From the NCBI GenBank assembly GCA_030592015.1, contig JAUUZY010000002.1, positions 8,838-72,837 on the forward strand: 64,000 nucleotides of DNA, read 5' to 3'. Positions 8,858-18,763 of the stretch are shown piece after piece. Each line of letters starts with the position of its first letter. Within the stretch, counting starts at the first letter, position 1. The notes beneath the pieces were generated by a model. That model was given only the letters and a program-made list of their open reading frames with translations, was not told where the DNA came from and ran no database searches. The DNA is from Candidatus Peregrinibacteria bacterium (GTDB lineage Bacteria > Patescibacteriota > Gracilibacteria > UBA1369 > LOWO2-01-FULL-3). The translations under genes and the position numbers were made by a program.

Positions 8858-10612
8858 TAGTGGAAGTTCTGAAGAGGATTCTATTCTTATGATTTCTGCT
8901 TTGAATGTTTCTCCTGTGATGTTGTTTTTTAGTTCAATTTGAGGTTCTAAATTTCTTATTTCGAACTGGTATCTGAGGGACATTTCTTCAAAATATTTTA
9001 CTATTCTTGATTCTTCGTCTTTTTTCCATTCTTTTTCTTTTAAACCTGGATAGAGTATTTCTCCGTTTAGACTTGGGGGGGCCTTTGTGATTGTGTAGGG
9101 AGATTCTCCGTTTAGATCAAATGTTATAATTGCACCATCGTAATATACAGTGATTGCATTCTCAGTAAATTTTTCTATCAGATATTCGTATCTTGTTTGG
9201 TACCAGAATTTTATATAATCTAGGCTTTTTTCCCACTGCGTGTAGCTTAATGGTCTGACTGGATGTTGCTCTAGAATTTGGGGGATTCTATCGTCTGCGT
9301 AGTCTTTAATTGGGTCAAAAAATAGCGGATTTTTTATCTGCTCTGTCTCGTTATCGATAAAATTGTTGATTTTCTCTGGTGCTGCGAAATTGTGGATATA
9401 TTCCCATATGTACTGGTTCTTTTTTTCTCTTATTTTTGGGATGAGTAGGAGCTTATTGAATAATATGTTATTTGTTTTGTTAACGCTTTTTACAGGATTG
9501 AGGTTTACCCAGGCGAACAAGTCCCAAACGATTGGTTCGAATTTTTGAGTTTCCGGGTTGAAGTAGATTTTGAAGTTGTGAAAGCTGTCTATGTGGTTTG
9601 AGCCAATGATATCTTGTATTGCTATGTATCTAATCATTTGATCCAGATCTATTATTTCTGAAATTTCTTTTTCAAATGAAGAGTCTAATTCTTTGTTTAC
9701 TGTATTTAGGAGTTTTTCGAGATTTTTTCTTTTGTCGCCTGTGTCTTCTTCGTTTGCCGGTTTGTATTGCCAGAGATTTGTGTTTGCATAAACTCCTATT
9801 TCTAGGTCTAAGGATGTTGTGGTTCCTATGGCTGGTTCTCCAAAATATATATCACCTGGTTTTTTGTCGTGATTAGCTAAAAAGTCTTCATTTACTTGTT
9901 CTATTTGTATGTAAACTCCTTGATATTTTCCATTTATATTTAGGGCTACAAAATTATATTCAGGGGATAGTAACCCTGCTTGTTCTCCCAAGTGATAGCC
10001 TATGTTGTATATGACATGACTTTTGTGTCTTGGATTGATTAGGTTTAATATTTTTTGATTGTCTTCTTTTTTGTCCAATTTGATTCTCCAGGATTTTTTT
10101 TCATTTTCCCAATGCCAATAATGGTCTCCTCTTAGCCTGATTTCCGCTTTTACTTTTTCTCCATTCGGAAGTGTAACTTTTGTTTTAACATAGCTTTTCC
10201 CTGACGCTGGCAGGTTGCTTGTGAGCTTGTCATAGTTTTCGTCGGTGATTTCTATGTTGTATATGGGTATGTCGTCAGATGGCTTGTAGAATTTTGAAAG
10301 AATCTTGTTTTGACTGTTTCGTATTTTATCGAATACTGAATGACTTATCGTTAGATTGCTGGGGATTTTTAGTTTTTCTGTGAATTTTTCATTTAATTCT
10401 TCTGCTAAATCGTTTTGTGGATAGTTTTTTAATGAAATTTTGAGCAGATCTCGTGCTTTTTCTTCGTCTTGCTGGTAGAAGGCTTTTTCCGCTAAGAAGT
10501 AATACAATTCTCCCATTCTTTTGTTTTCTTCGAGAGAAAGTATTAGTGTTGGAATGGTCACTAATATGATTAATGTGGAGATGACTGCGATGGCTATTGT
10601 CCTTTTTTTCAT
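8849..10612 (-). CDS. CotH kinase-family protein, N-terminally membrane-anchored
   Basis: 587 aa. Signal-anchor MKKRTIAIAVISTLIILVTIPTLILSL. The CotH core resembles the family consensus: IRLRGDHYWHWENEKKSWRIKL, NGKYQGVYIQIEQVNEDFL, HNFKIYFNPETQKFEPIVWDL. Confidence 0.8.
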   Translation of the reverse strand: MKKRTIAIAVISTLIILVTIPTLILSLEENKRMGELYYFLAEKAFYQQDEEKARDLLKISLKNYPQNDLAEELNEKFTEKLKIPSNLTISHSVFDKIRNSQNKILSKFYKPSDDIPIYNIEITDENYDKLTSNLPASGKSYVKTKVTLPNGEKVKAEIRLRGDHYWHWENEKKSWRIKLDKKEDNQKILNLINPRHKSHVIYNIGYHLGEQAGLLSPEYNFVALNINGKYQGVYIQIEQVNEDFLANHDKKPGDIYFGEPAIGTTTSLDLEIGVYANTNLWQYKPANEEDTGDKRKNLEKLLNTVNKELDSSFEKEISEIIDLDQMIRYIAIQDIIGSNHIDSFHNFKIYFNPETQKFEPIVWDLFAWVNLNPVKSVNKTNNILFNKLLLIPKIREKKNQYIWEYIHNFAAPEKINNFIDNETEQIKNPLFFDPIKDYADDRIPQILEQHPVRPLSYTQWEKSLDYIKFWYQTRYEYLIEKFTENAITVYYDGAIITFDLNGESPYTITKAPPSLNGEILYPGLKEKEWKKDEESRIVKYFEEMSLRYQFEIRNLEPQIELKNNITGETFKAEIIRIESSSELPLLN

Positions 10613-10653
10613 GTGTGAATTGTATCATCAGAAATTGCTGTTACAATAGGCTT

Positions 10654-11619
10654 ATGAAACGGTTTTTTGTAGTTATTATTTTGTTTTTGGCAGGCTGTGG
10701 ACAGTTGACTTCGTCGTCTTCTCATTCTGTGGCTCTGAAGGAACTTGATGCTGAGGGGACTCCACCACGTTTGGAAAGGGAGTTTAAATATTCTGTGCAG
10801 TCTGGTGATTTTGATCTGAAAAAGGCTGTTCGTGATAGTGATTTGTGGCAGGCTCCTGGAATTGTTGGGAGTAGTTATTATCTTGATGAGGAGGTGGAGG
10901 AATTTGTTTATTTAGATATTTATTTTGATACTGAGGATAAGTTGAATTACAAAAATGCAGTTTCTTATAGGTTGAGGCAGCGATTCAAAGACATGGAGAG
11001 TGAGCCATATAGGATGGAGTTTCAGGCGAAGGTGGATAGGCAGGAATTGGGGGATGGGTTTAGTACTGTTTATGAATCTCGCTTTGAATTTCGTGATGAG
11101 TCTGAGCCTTTTTCTTCTTTGAATCCGGCTCCGAGAGCTCCTTGGGATTTAGATGAATTTATTTCTTATTTTCAGGCGGGGAAGTACAAGCAGTATTATA
11201 CTTGGCCGGCAAAATCGGTTGTTGATTACTTGATTCCTGAATATACGGATGAGACGCATCTTGTTTTTGAGCCGGAACTCAGGATTCTTACAAAAAGACA
11301 AAGGCAGCATTTAAATATGGTGACTCCATGGGGGAGCGGGCCGAATCCTGATCAAGCTTTTATTATCAGTTTTGATACTTCCTATGTTTATGATGGAGAT
11401 GATCTTGTTGGTGAATTTATGGAAGTGGAAGTTGAGTTTGAAAGGAATGTGTCTGAGAAATTGGACAATGATATATTGGCTGGGGAAGATTTGGGGGTGA
11501 TTAGGGATGCTTTCCTGGAGGATCAGAAGACTATAATGTCTGTAATTGCTGAGAGAATCGAAGTTGTTCCCGCTTCAAAGAGTAAATATTTACAAGCTTA
11601 TGAACTTATAAATGATTAA
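10654..11619 (+). CDS. Lipoprotein with a CYTH / triphosphate-tunnel-metalloenzyme-like domain
   Basis: Start moved to ATG 10654, giving MKRFFVVIILFLAGCGQ (lipobox LAGC). CYTH hallmarks appear in order: ExExK (EREFK), YLDIYFDT, YRLRQR, EFQAKV, ESRFEFR, MEVEVEFE. Confidence 0.7.
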   Translation: MKRFFVVIILFLAGCGQLTSSSSHSVALKELDAEGTPPRLEREFKYSVQSGDFDLKKAVRDSDLWQAPGIVGSSYYLDEEVEEFVYLDIYFDTEDKLNYKNAVSYRLRQRFKDMESEPYRMEFQAKVDRQELGDGFSTVYESRFEFRDESEPFSSLNPAPRAPWDLDEFISYFQAGKYKQYYTWPAKSVVDYLIPEYTDETHLVFEPELRILTKRQRQHLNMVTPWGSGPNPDQAFIISFDTSYVYDGDDLVGEFMEVEVEFERNVSEKLDNDILAGEDLGVIRDAFLEDQKTIMSVIAERIEVVPASKSKYLQAYELIND

Positions 11620-12331
11620 CCTGATTGAAAGTCCGGCAAAGTTACATTTTCGTCGTTTTGAGTTTAAATATCACTTGCCTAGGGCGATTGCTGATAGGAT
11701 TTTGCCTGAATTGATGAATTATATGATTTGGGATGAATATGCTGAAGGTGATGATGGATATGAGGTGACTTCGTTGTATATGGATAGTTCTGACTTTGCT
11801 TGTTTTCATGACAAATTGGATGGTGTTCTTACTAGGAGGAAGCTCCGAGTGAGAAGTTATGGGAAGGGAGATGATGTTTTTTTTGAGCTGAAGAGAAGAA
11901 GTGGTGAAGTGATTTTGAAGGATAGAATAATTGTTGGGGCTGATGCTTTTGCTGATTTTGTGAATGACCCTTTTTCTCTGAAGGGGGATGAAGATTTTGT
12001 GAATGAATTTTTGTATGAATTTTCCTCAAATAATATGAAGCCTTCGCTTCTTGTAAACTATAAACGTAAGCCGTTTTTTTCTAAATTTGATCCTAGATTC
12101 AGGGTAACTTTTGATTATGACTTAAGTTTTGCAAGGCCGCAAGGTGCTAGTTTTGACGGAGAATACCAAGTTGCATATGATGATCTCGTAATTATGGAGG
12201 TGAAATTCAACGGTGCTATGCCAAGATGGTTTCACCATGCAGTAGTTGAAGATTATGGGCTTAGGAAAGATACTTTTTCTAAATACTGTGCGGGGATCGA
12301 GGATCGTTATGGAATACCAAGTTATTTTTAA
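11612..12331 (+). CDS. VTC-domain (polyphosphate polymerase domain) protein
   Basis: 239 aa with no signal peptide. FRRFEFKYHLP..., YEVTSLYMDSSDFACFHDKLDG, RRKLRVRSY and FFELKRRSGE match the bacterial VTC-domain pattern. It overlaps the upstream gene by 8 nt. Confidence 0.8.
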   Translation: MINLIESPAKLHFRRFEFKYHLPRAIADRILPELMNYMIWDEYAEGDDGYEVTSLYMDSSDFACFHDKLDGVLTRRKLRVRSYGKGDDVFFELKRRSGEVILKDRIIVGADAFADFVNDPFSLKGDEDFVNEFLYEFSSNNMKPSLLVNYKRKPFFSKFDPRFRVTFDYDLSFARPQGASFDGEYQVAYDDLVIMEVKFNGAMPRWFHHAVVEDYGLRKDTFSKYCAGIEDRYGIPSYF

Positions 12332-12339
12332 TAAATTTT

Positions 12340-13023
12340 ATGGATATATTTAGTGAAAAAGCAGTGTTAGCTATTTTGGGAGATCCTATTCATCTTTTGT
12401 TTTTGTTTTTGATTTCTACGGCAATGGGACTGATAATTGCTTGGACGTATAGAAAAACTCATAGGGGATTTTCTTATTCTCAATCTTTTTGCATAACTAC
12501 GGTTTTGATTACTGTGATTACTACTCTTATTATTATTTTGATAGAGGACAGTATTGCTAGGGCTATTGGTATTTTTGGTGCTTTCTCTATTATTCGTTTT
12601 CGTACTGCGGTTAAGGATGTTCGTGATATAGCGTTTATCTTCTTTTCATTGGCTACGGGGCTTGCGGTTGGTGTGGAGTATTTGTCTGCGGGGATTGTTG
12701 GTGTGGTTTTTATCTCCGGTCTGATTTTTGTTTTGCATAAAACTAATTTTGGAGGGCTTCGTAAGTTGGCATATATTCTTAATTTCAAAATGGATGCGAA
12801 ACATCATTCCAATAATGTTTTTGATGGAGTTATGGGGACTTATTTGAAAAAGCAGGTTCTTTTAAATGTGGAAGCAAAGAGTAGGGGAACTGTTTTGGCT
12901 TTTACCTTCAATATCAGCTTGAAGGATTCAGAGAACTTGAATGAATTTATAAAAAAGATGACAGATCTGGAAGGCCTGACTGATGTGAATATAGTTTCTT
13001 CAAAGAATGATCTGGAGTTCTAG
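12340..13023 (+). CDS. DUF4956-family membrane protein
   Basis: 227 aa with 4-5 TM helices. Carries the family motif FGAFSIIRFRTAVKDVRDIAFIFFSLATGLAVG and a soluble C-terminal ~90 aa. Confidence 0.8.
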   Translation: MDIFSEKAVLAILGDPIHLLFLFLISTAMGLIIAWTYRKTHRGFSYSQSFCITTVLITVITTLIIILIEDSIARAIGIFGAFSIIRFRTAVKDVRDIAFIFFSLATGLAVGVEYLSAGIVGVVFISGLIFVLHKTNFGGLRKLAYILNFKMDAKHHSNNVFDGVMGTYLKKQVLLNVEAKSRGTVLAFTFNISLKDSENLNEFIKKMTDLEGLTDVNIVSSKNDLEF

Positions 13024-13442
13024 ACTGAATCTTCTGATTCTACTAATACAGGTTTGAATGTGAAGTAATTGTTTAGGGGGAATTTTATCATGAAAACTAT
13101 TCCACTACTGAATACTGCTCCGAGCATGTATCCAAATTGGAAGACCTCTTCGAAAAGGTAAATTGTTCCTGTGTTGATTCCAAGTCCCAATATAGCGACC
13201 GCTGTGAAGTGTATTAATTGCCCCAAGTAGTTCTTTCCGTGATTTTTGAAGGTGAAGTACTTCTGTCCAAGAAAACCAACGACAGTGGCCAATGTGAACG
13301 CTATGACGTTGGATAGGAGATAGTATATGCCGAAGAATTCAGTTAACGCATATATTCCACCAATAAATATTGAAGTGGTTATCAATCCTACAACAAAATA
13401 CTTAGCAGACTTGTGGATATATGATCTAAAATCAAATTTCAT
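13020..13442 (-). CDS. GtrA-family membrane protein (polyisoprenyl-sugar handling family)
   Basis: Four TM helices; YFVVGLITTSIFIGGIYAL... and ...NNYFTFK are typical of GtrA. I use the start at ATG 13442 (MKFDFRSY). The longer track ORF (to 13502) reads through the repeat at the atpD 3' end and gives an implausible MKLQKLQKLQKL N-terminus. Confidence 0.75.
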   Translation of the reverse strand: MKFDFRSYIHKSAKYFVVGLITTSIFIGGIYALTEFFGIYYLLSNVIAFTLATVVGFLGQKYFTFKNHGKNYLGQLIHFTAVAILGLGINTGTIYLFEEVFQFGYMLGAVFSSGIVFMIKFPLNNYFTFKPVLVESEDSV

Positions 13443-13452
13443 CTTTCTTGTA

Positions 13453-14112
13453 TTAGACAGCTGCGGCAGCTTCTGCAGCTTCTGCAGCTTCTGCAGCTTC
13501 AATCATTGCCTTAACTCTCATAGTTCCGACTTTGGTTGCTCTCTCTGCTTCATCCAATTTCATTGTAATGAACTTGAGAGTGTCTTCAAGATCCGGAATC
13601 AGTTTGTGCTCAAGAGCGTTTACACGTCTTCGAGTTGTTTCCAGTTCTGCAGCCAGTCTTTCAGCTTGTTTTTCAATTTCAGCAAGCTTTATAAGAGATG
13701 GGAATAATTCTTGAAATGCAGATAGTGAGATGTCTAATTCTCCGCTAGTTTGAAGGTATCCATAGTTTAGGATGTCTCCTTCTTGTTTTAGATTGAAGTA
13801 TGGAATGTACACACTCATGACATTCTTTGTCTTAACCTCCAGTTCTACTTTCGCAGAAGGGTAGAGAAGTGCTGATTCCAATACTTCCGGAGTCATCATG
13901 GAGGAAGCCTGCATGAAGTTCTTGAAAGCCTTTGATAGCTTTTCTTCTACTTCTTTACGCAGAGATTTCGCTTCTTTCACGATTTCCATGAAAGTCTTCA
14001 TTAGACCATCTTGCTTATCTTTGAGCAGTTTGTGTCCACGTTTTGCGCTCTTAGTCCTAGTCTTTAGGTTAAGGAGCTCCATTCTAGTTGGGTTGACGTT
14101 GAGTCTTGCCAT
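13453..14112 (-). CDS. atpD: V/A-type ATP synthase subunit D
   Basis: MARLNVNPTRMELLNLKTRTKSAKRGHKLLKDKQD is the hallmark N-terminus. It is the last gene in the A-B-D order. Confidence 0.95.
   Translation of the reverse strand: MARLNVNPTRMELLNLKTRTKSAKRGHKLLKDKQDGLMKTFMEIVKEAKSLRKEVEEKLSKAFKNFMQASSMMTPEVLESALLYPSAKVELEVKTKNVMSVYIPYFNLKQEGDILNYGYLQTSGELDISLSAFQELFPSLIKLAEIEKQAERLAAELETTRRRVNALEHKLIPDLEDTLKFITMKLDEAERATKVGTMRVKAMIEAAEAAEAAEAAAAV
13465..13500. repeat. 9-bp tandem repeat (gcagcttct x4) encoding the (EAA)n C-terminus of V-ATPase subunit D
   Basis: Direct reading: gcagcttct gcagcttct gcagcttct gcagcttc, preceded by the variant ggcagcttc. It translates on the minus strand to EAAEAAEAAEAAAAV-stop. 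Confidence 0.9.
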
Positions 14113-14114
14113 GA

Positions 14115-15497
14115 TTATTTTTCCTGTTTAGGTAGATATTGTTTGATGTACTCTTCTTTAATACGTTTTAGTTCGTGTCTTGGTAGGATTGCAAGTAGTT
14201 TCCATGCAATGTCCAAAGTATCGTCGATGATGTCTCTGTCCTTGTATTCATCTTGGCTTACAAATTCTTTTTCGAATTCTTCTGCGAATTTTAGGAACTT
14301 AAGATCATCTTCTCCAAGAGCGGCTTCACCAAGGATTACAGCAAGCTCTTTTACTTCTTTTCCTTGAGCGTATGCTGCGAATAACTGGTTCATCACTCCT
14401 GCATGATCTTCACGAGTTTTTCCTTCACCGATACCTTTATCTTTCAAACGAGAAAGTGATGGAAGTACATTGATTGGTGGGTAAATACCTTCACGTTGCA
14501 GGTCTCTGGAAAGTACAATCTGTCCCTCCGTAATGTATCCTGTAAGATCGGGAATCGGATGTGTAATATCGTCCTCCGGCATAGTTAGAATGGGGATTTG
14601 TGTAATTGATCCTTTCTTTCCTTTAATACGTCCAGCTCTTTCATACAAAGTCGCTAGATCGGTATATAGGTAACCAGGATATCCTCTTCGTCCCGGAACT
14701 TCTTTTCTCGCTGCTGATACTTCACGTAGGGCTTCACAATAGTTTGTAAGATCAGTAAGAATTACAAGTACGTGCATTCCTTTTTCGAAAGCTAGGTACT
14801 CAGCTGTTGTAAGTGCGATACGAGGTGTAGCAATACGTTCTACTACCGGATCGGCAGCTGTATTAGCAAAGATTACTGAACGATTGATCGCTCCTGTTTT
14901 CTTAAATTCGTTGATGAAATATTCTGATTCTTCAAATGTAACACCCATAGCAGCAAATACTACCGCGAAGTCTCCAGTACCACCTCTTACTTTTGCCTGA
15001 CGAGCGATTTGAGCTGCCACACGTGAGTGAGGAAGACCCGCTCCGGAAAAGATAGGAAGTTTTTGTCCACGTACCAATGTAGTTAGACAATCAATTGAAG
15101 ATATCCCTGTCTGGATGAAGTCGTTTGGGAAATCACGTGAGTAGGGATTAATTGGTGCACCATTGATGTTTAATTTTTTCTCTGGAATGATGTCTGGTCC
15201 TCCATCGATCGGTTTTCCACTTCCTGAGAATACTCGTCCAAGCATGTCTTCAGAAACACCTATTTCTAGTGGTTTTCCCAAGAACTTAGCTTTTGTTTCT
15301 TCTGTTTTCAATCCTTGCGGACTTTCGAACATCTGTACAAGAGCAGTGTCTTTGTTTGCTTCCAGTACTTTTCCCATTCTCTTTTCTCCTTCCGGAGTTA
15401 TTACTTCCACAAGTTCTTCATACTTGATCCCTTCAACACCTTCAACCAAGATTAGCGGTCCCGCTATCGATTTCAGTGTTTTATATTCTTTTTGCAT
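14115..15497 (-). CDS. atpB: V/A-type ATP synthase subunit B
   Basis: 460 aa. Contains [29 protein letters not shown] and other B-subunit conserved blocks. Confidence 0.97.
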   Translation of the reverse strand: MQKEYKTLKSIAGPLILVEGVEGIKYEELVEVITPEGEKRMGKVLEANKDTALVQMFESPQGLKTEETKAKFLGKPLEIGVSEDMLGRVFSGSGKPIDGGPDIIPEKKLNINGAPINPYSRDFPNDFIQTGISSIDCLTTLVRGQKLPIFSGAGLPHSRVAAQIARQAKVRGGTGDFAVVFAAMGVTFEESEYFINEFKKTGAINRSVIFANTAADPVVERIATPRIALTTAEYLAFEKGMHVLVILTDLTNYCEALREVSAARKEVPGRRGYPGYLYTDLATLYERAGRIKGKKGSITQIPILTMPEDDITHPIPDLTGYITEGQIVLSRDLQREGIYPPINVLPSLSRLKDKGIGEGKTREDHAGVMNQLFAAYAQGKEVKELAVILGEAALGEDDLKFLKFAEEFEKEFVSQDEYKDRDIIDDTLDIAWKLLAILPRHELKRIKEEYIKQYLPKQEK

Positions 15498-15527
15498 TGT
15501 TATATGTGTTTAATTGAATAATATGAT

Positions 15528-17303
15528 TTAAGCTGCTTGTAATTTTGAACCAAAATTTTGAATCGCTTCGATTATATCTTTTTCCAATTCTTCGTATTTT
15601 TCCAGTTCTTCATGAGAAATATCCTTAGCTTTTACTATTTTTTGCATTATTGGAAGTTTTACCAATTCTGAAAATTCAAATCCTTCTTTTTCAATAATTT
15701 TTGATGCCTCTTGATACATTGTCATGATACATTTCAAGATCCAATATTGTTTCTTTTGCGGCGTGAATGCGTCAACGTAGTCAAAAGCGTTCTGGAATAG
15801 GAAATCTTCACGAATAGATTTTGAAGTCTGTAGGATCAGTTTTTCTTTTGAAGAAAGTGCATCCATTCCTACAAGTCTTACTATTTCTTCCAATTTAGAT
15901 TCCTGTTGTAGAAGATTCATAGAATTGGTACGAAGTTCCATGTAGTCTTCAGCGACTTCTTTTTGCCAGAAGTTAGCTAGGTTATCTACATATAGAGAGT
16001 AACTAGATAGCCAGTTAATAGCTGGGAAGTGTCTCTTGTATGCCAATTTTGCGTCCAGTCCCCAGAATACTTTTGTTACACGTAGAGTATTTTGAGTTAC
16101 CGGCTCTGAAAGATCTCCACCCGGAGGTGATACAGCTCCGATCGCTGTTACTGATCCTTCTCGTTCATCAGATCCCAAACATGTTATGTATCCTGCTCTC
16201 TCGTAGAATTCTGCTGTCTTTGATCCAAGGTAAGCTGGGTATCCTTCTTCACCCGGCATTTCTTCTAGACGACCTGACATCTCACGAAGAGCTTCCGCCC
16301 ATCTAGATGTAGAGTCGGCCATTAGAGCTACGTGGTATCCCATATCTCTGTAGTATTCTGCGATTGTAATTCCTGTATAGATTGAGGCTTCACGAGCAGC
16401 TACCGGCATGTTTGATGTATTTGCGATAAGAATTGTACGTTTCATCAATGGCTCACCTGTATTTGGATCTTTCAACTCAGGGAACTCCATTAGTACGTCT
16501 GTCATCTCGTTTCCACGTTCTCCACAACCGATATAAACGATAATTTCTGCATTACAGAATTTTGCTAATGATTGTTGAGTTACAGTTTTTCCAGCTCCGA
16601 ATGGTCCCGGAATACATCCTGCCCCTCCTTTTGCGATTGGAAAGAATGTATCTATTACTCTCATTCCTGTAACTAGAGGTACGTTTGGTATTTTCTTGTT
16701 TTTGAATGGTCGAGGTTTTCTAATTGACCATCTTTGTAGCATCTTTATTTCGTGTGTTTTTCCTTCGCTGTCTTTAATTACCACTACTACTTCTTCGATT
16801 GTGAATTGTCCGCTTTTTATTTCTTCAACTGTTCCTTTCTTGATTGTTGATGGAACCATTATTCTATGAGCGATAAGAGTTGTTTCCTGTACTTCACCCA
16901 GGATATCTCCTTCTTCTACTTCTTCTCCCTTTGCTTTAGTTGGTTTGAAATCCCATTTTTTTGTTCTATCCAGACCAGGTACTTCAATTCCACGTGTGAT
17001 AAACGCTCCAGCTTCTTTTTCGATTAGGTGCAATGGTCTTTGGATTCCATCGTAAATTGATGTCAAAAGTCCAGGTCCAAGATCCACGGACATTGTTTCC
17101 CCTGTTAGATATACGGGATCACCAGGTCCTATTCCTACTGTGTCTTCATATACCTGTATAGATGCTTCGTCTTCGTTTAGCTCGATGATTTCACCCATTA
17201 GTTTTTCATCTGATACTTTTACTACCTCGTACATCTTTGCATTCCTCATTCCGTTAGCTACAACCAGAGGTCCTGATACTTTTACTATATTTCCTTTTTC
17301 CAT
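15528..17303 (-). CDS. atpA: V/A-type ATP synthase catalytic subunit A
   Basis: 591 aa. P-loop GPFGAGKTV, and the non-homologous insert typical of A subunits. Confidence 0.97.
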   Translation of the reverse strand: MEKGNIVKVSGPLVVANGMRNAKMYEVVKVSDEKLMGEIIELNEDEASIQVYEDTVGIGPGDPVYLTGETMSVDLGPGLLTSIYDGIQRPLHLIEKEAGAFITRGIEVPGLDRTKKWDFKPTKAKGEEVEEGDILGEVQETTLIAHRIMVPSTIKKGTVEEIKSGQFTIEEVVVVIKDSEGKTHEIKMLQRWSIRKPRPFKNKKIPNVPLVTGMRVIDTFFPIAKGGAGCIPGPFGAGKTVTQQSLAKFCNAEIIVYIGCGERGNEMTDVLMEFPELKDPNTGEPLMKRTILIANTSNMPVAAREASIYTGITIAEYYRDMGYHVALMADSTSRWAEALREMSGRLEEMPGEEGYPAYLGSKTAEFYERAGYITCLGSDEREGSVTAIGAVSPPGGDLSEPVTQNTLRVTKVFWGLDAKLAYKRHFPAINWLSSYSLYVDNLANFWQKEVAEDYMELRTNSMNLLQQESKLEEIVRLVGMDALSSKEKLILQTSKSIREDFLFQNAFDYVDAFTPQKKQYWILKCIMTMYQEASKIIEKEGFEFSELVKLPIMQKIVKAKDISHEELEKYEELEKDIIEAIQNFGSKLQAA

Positions 17304-17338
17304 TGTTTGTTAGTTTAAGAGATTAGTTTTATATGTAA

Positions 17339-17704
17339 TTATTCTTTGAATATATCGCTTCCAACTGCCTGCTCTACGATTTGACCGATTCTTCGGATTC
17401 CGTAGTTTGTGGCACCTTTACTTCCAGGTACCGGTACGATTGCAGGTAGTGCTTGTTGGCTTAGTTTTTTGTAATCATCCTTTGAAATTCCCATTGCCAG
17501 GTCTTCAGTTACAAAGATGATTGCGTATTCCGGCTTAGTTTCTCCGGTTTTTTCATCTACCACTATTTCTTGTTTTTTTAGTTCGAAAAGTATTTTTACT
17601 GTTTCTTCTGTAGTGTTTGCATTAAATGTTTTCAGGCCTAATGCTTTGAATCCTAGGATTGTTTCTTTGTTTCCAACGATTGCTATTGAGTAATTGTTTT
17701 TCAT
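17339..17704 (-). CDS. atpF: V/A-type ATP synthase subunit F
   Basis: 121 aa. IAIVGNKETILGFKALGL is typical of subunit F. It sits between C and A. Confidence 0.85.
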   Translation of the reverse strand: MKNNYSIAIVGNKETILGFKALGLKTFNANTTEETVKILFELKKQEIVVDEKTGETKPEYAIIFVTEDLAMGISKDDYKKLSQQALPAIVPVPGSKGATNYGIRRIGQIVEQAVGSDIFKE

Positions 17705-17713
17705 TATTGTGTA

Positions 17714-18763
17714 TTAGAGGTATAGATCTCTTAGTCTTTCTTTTATTTCTTCCGGCTCGATTTCGTTTAGCTTGTTTACCAGAATCATTCTGATTACTAA
17801 AGCGTTATTCTTTTTTGCTAGGAAGTATGCAATTAGTGGTTCTGGTCCGAAAGCTGTTAGTTTTCCAGCTTTAATATAGTTTGTAAGATAGTTTTCGATT
17901 TCTTTTTCCAAGAATATGAAAGTGTTTTCCTTTTCATAGGCCTTGTATCCTTCGGTAACGATCTTTCCGTAAGCTGTAGCCTTCATTATTTCCGGGAATT
18001 CGCTTAGCTTTGTCTTGTATGCTTCTTTGAATTTGCTAGCTGCGATATTTCCTTTCCATAGTAGTGCGATTTCGAATAGGTTTTGCTCTTTGTCTTGAGC
18101 TTTCATTCGGAAGAACAGTTTTATGTTTGTCAGATCAATTAATTTTTTAACATAATTGATTAGGAAATCGTTTTTGCTGTAGATCGCTGTTTTATAGATT
18201 AATCTTATTAGCTTTTGGTCCATGTATAGATCTATTACCTGAGGATTGTTCTTTTCTTGTACAAATAGTTTTTGTACTTTTTTAATTTTTTCCTTCAAAT
18301 ATTTTTCTATGTTGTCATCCAGTCCGAATATTACTTCTTCATTGTTGAAAATGAACTTTTGTAGTTTTTCTATCTTTATTTTCCCCATTTTACTAAGCAA
18401 ATGCTCAATATCCTCAAAGCTTTTTTCGCTCAGCTTTGCTTTCAACATCGTTTTTATGTTGTGAATGTCATAATCGTGCCAGAGAATATTGAGAACATTT
18501 TTGTCTGAAGTAATTTTTTCCAGGTGTTCCTTTATTTCAAGTAGTCCTTCGTCGAGTACTTGTTGAAATTCGGATGGATCTTCAATTCCTGCCGTGTTGT
18601 CTGAATAATCAAATTCGTTAAGGATTTTGAAGGCTTCAGCGGCATTTTTTGCCAGTATCATTCTTTCCATTTCGTTTTCACTTAACAGCATTGTCTCAAG
18701 TGTGCGTACTACCGCTACACTGTATGCAAAGTCGTGTCTGTTTTTTGTTCTACTTGCTAGCAT
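17714..18763 (-). CDS. atpC: V/A-type ATP synthase subunit C (eukaryotic d-like)
   Basis: 349 aa, all-helical. Its position between E and F matches the canonical operon order. Confidence 0.8.
   Translation of the reverse strand: MLASRTKNRHDFAYSVAVVRTLETMLLSENEMERMILAKNAAEAFKILNEFDYSDNTAGIEDPSEFQQVLDEGLLEIKEHLEKITSDKNVLNILWHDYDIHNIKTMLKAKLSEKSFEDIEHLLSKMGKIKIEKLQKFIFNNEEVIFGLDDNIEKYLKEKIKKVQKLFVQEKNNPQVIDLYMDQKLIRLIYKTAIYSKNDFLINYVKKLIDLTNIKLFFRMKAQDKEQNLFEIALLWKGNIAASKFKEAYKTKLSEFPEIMKATAYGKIVTEGYKAYEKENTFIFLEKEIENYLTNYIKAGKLTAFGPEPLIAYFLAKKNNALVIRMILVNKLNEIEPEEIKERLRDLYL

Noticed and set aside
13465-13500. Short tandem repeats here and at 48631-48735 as possible CRISPR or regulatory arrays.
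   Set aside because: The units are contiguous with no spacers, are 9 and 15 bp long (multiples of 3), and lie inside coding regions where they encode EAA and KKPET repeats.
13443-13502. N-terminal MKLQKLQKLQKLPQL extension of the GtrA-like ORF.
   Set aside because: It is produced by reading the 9-bp repeat at the atpD 3' end in another frame. An internal ATG at 13442 gives a normal GtrA N-terminus without overlapping atpD.
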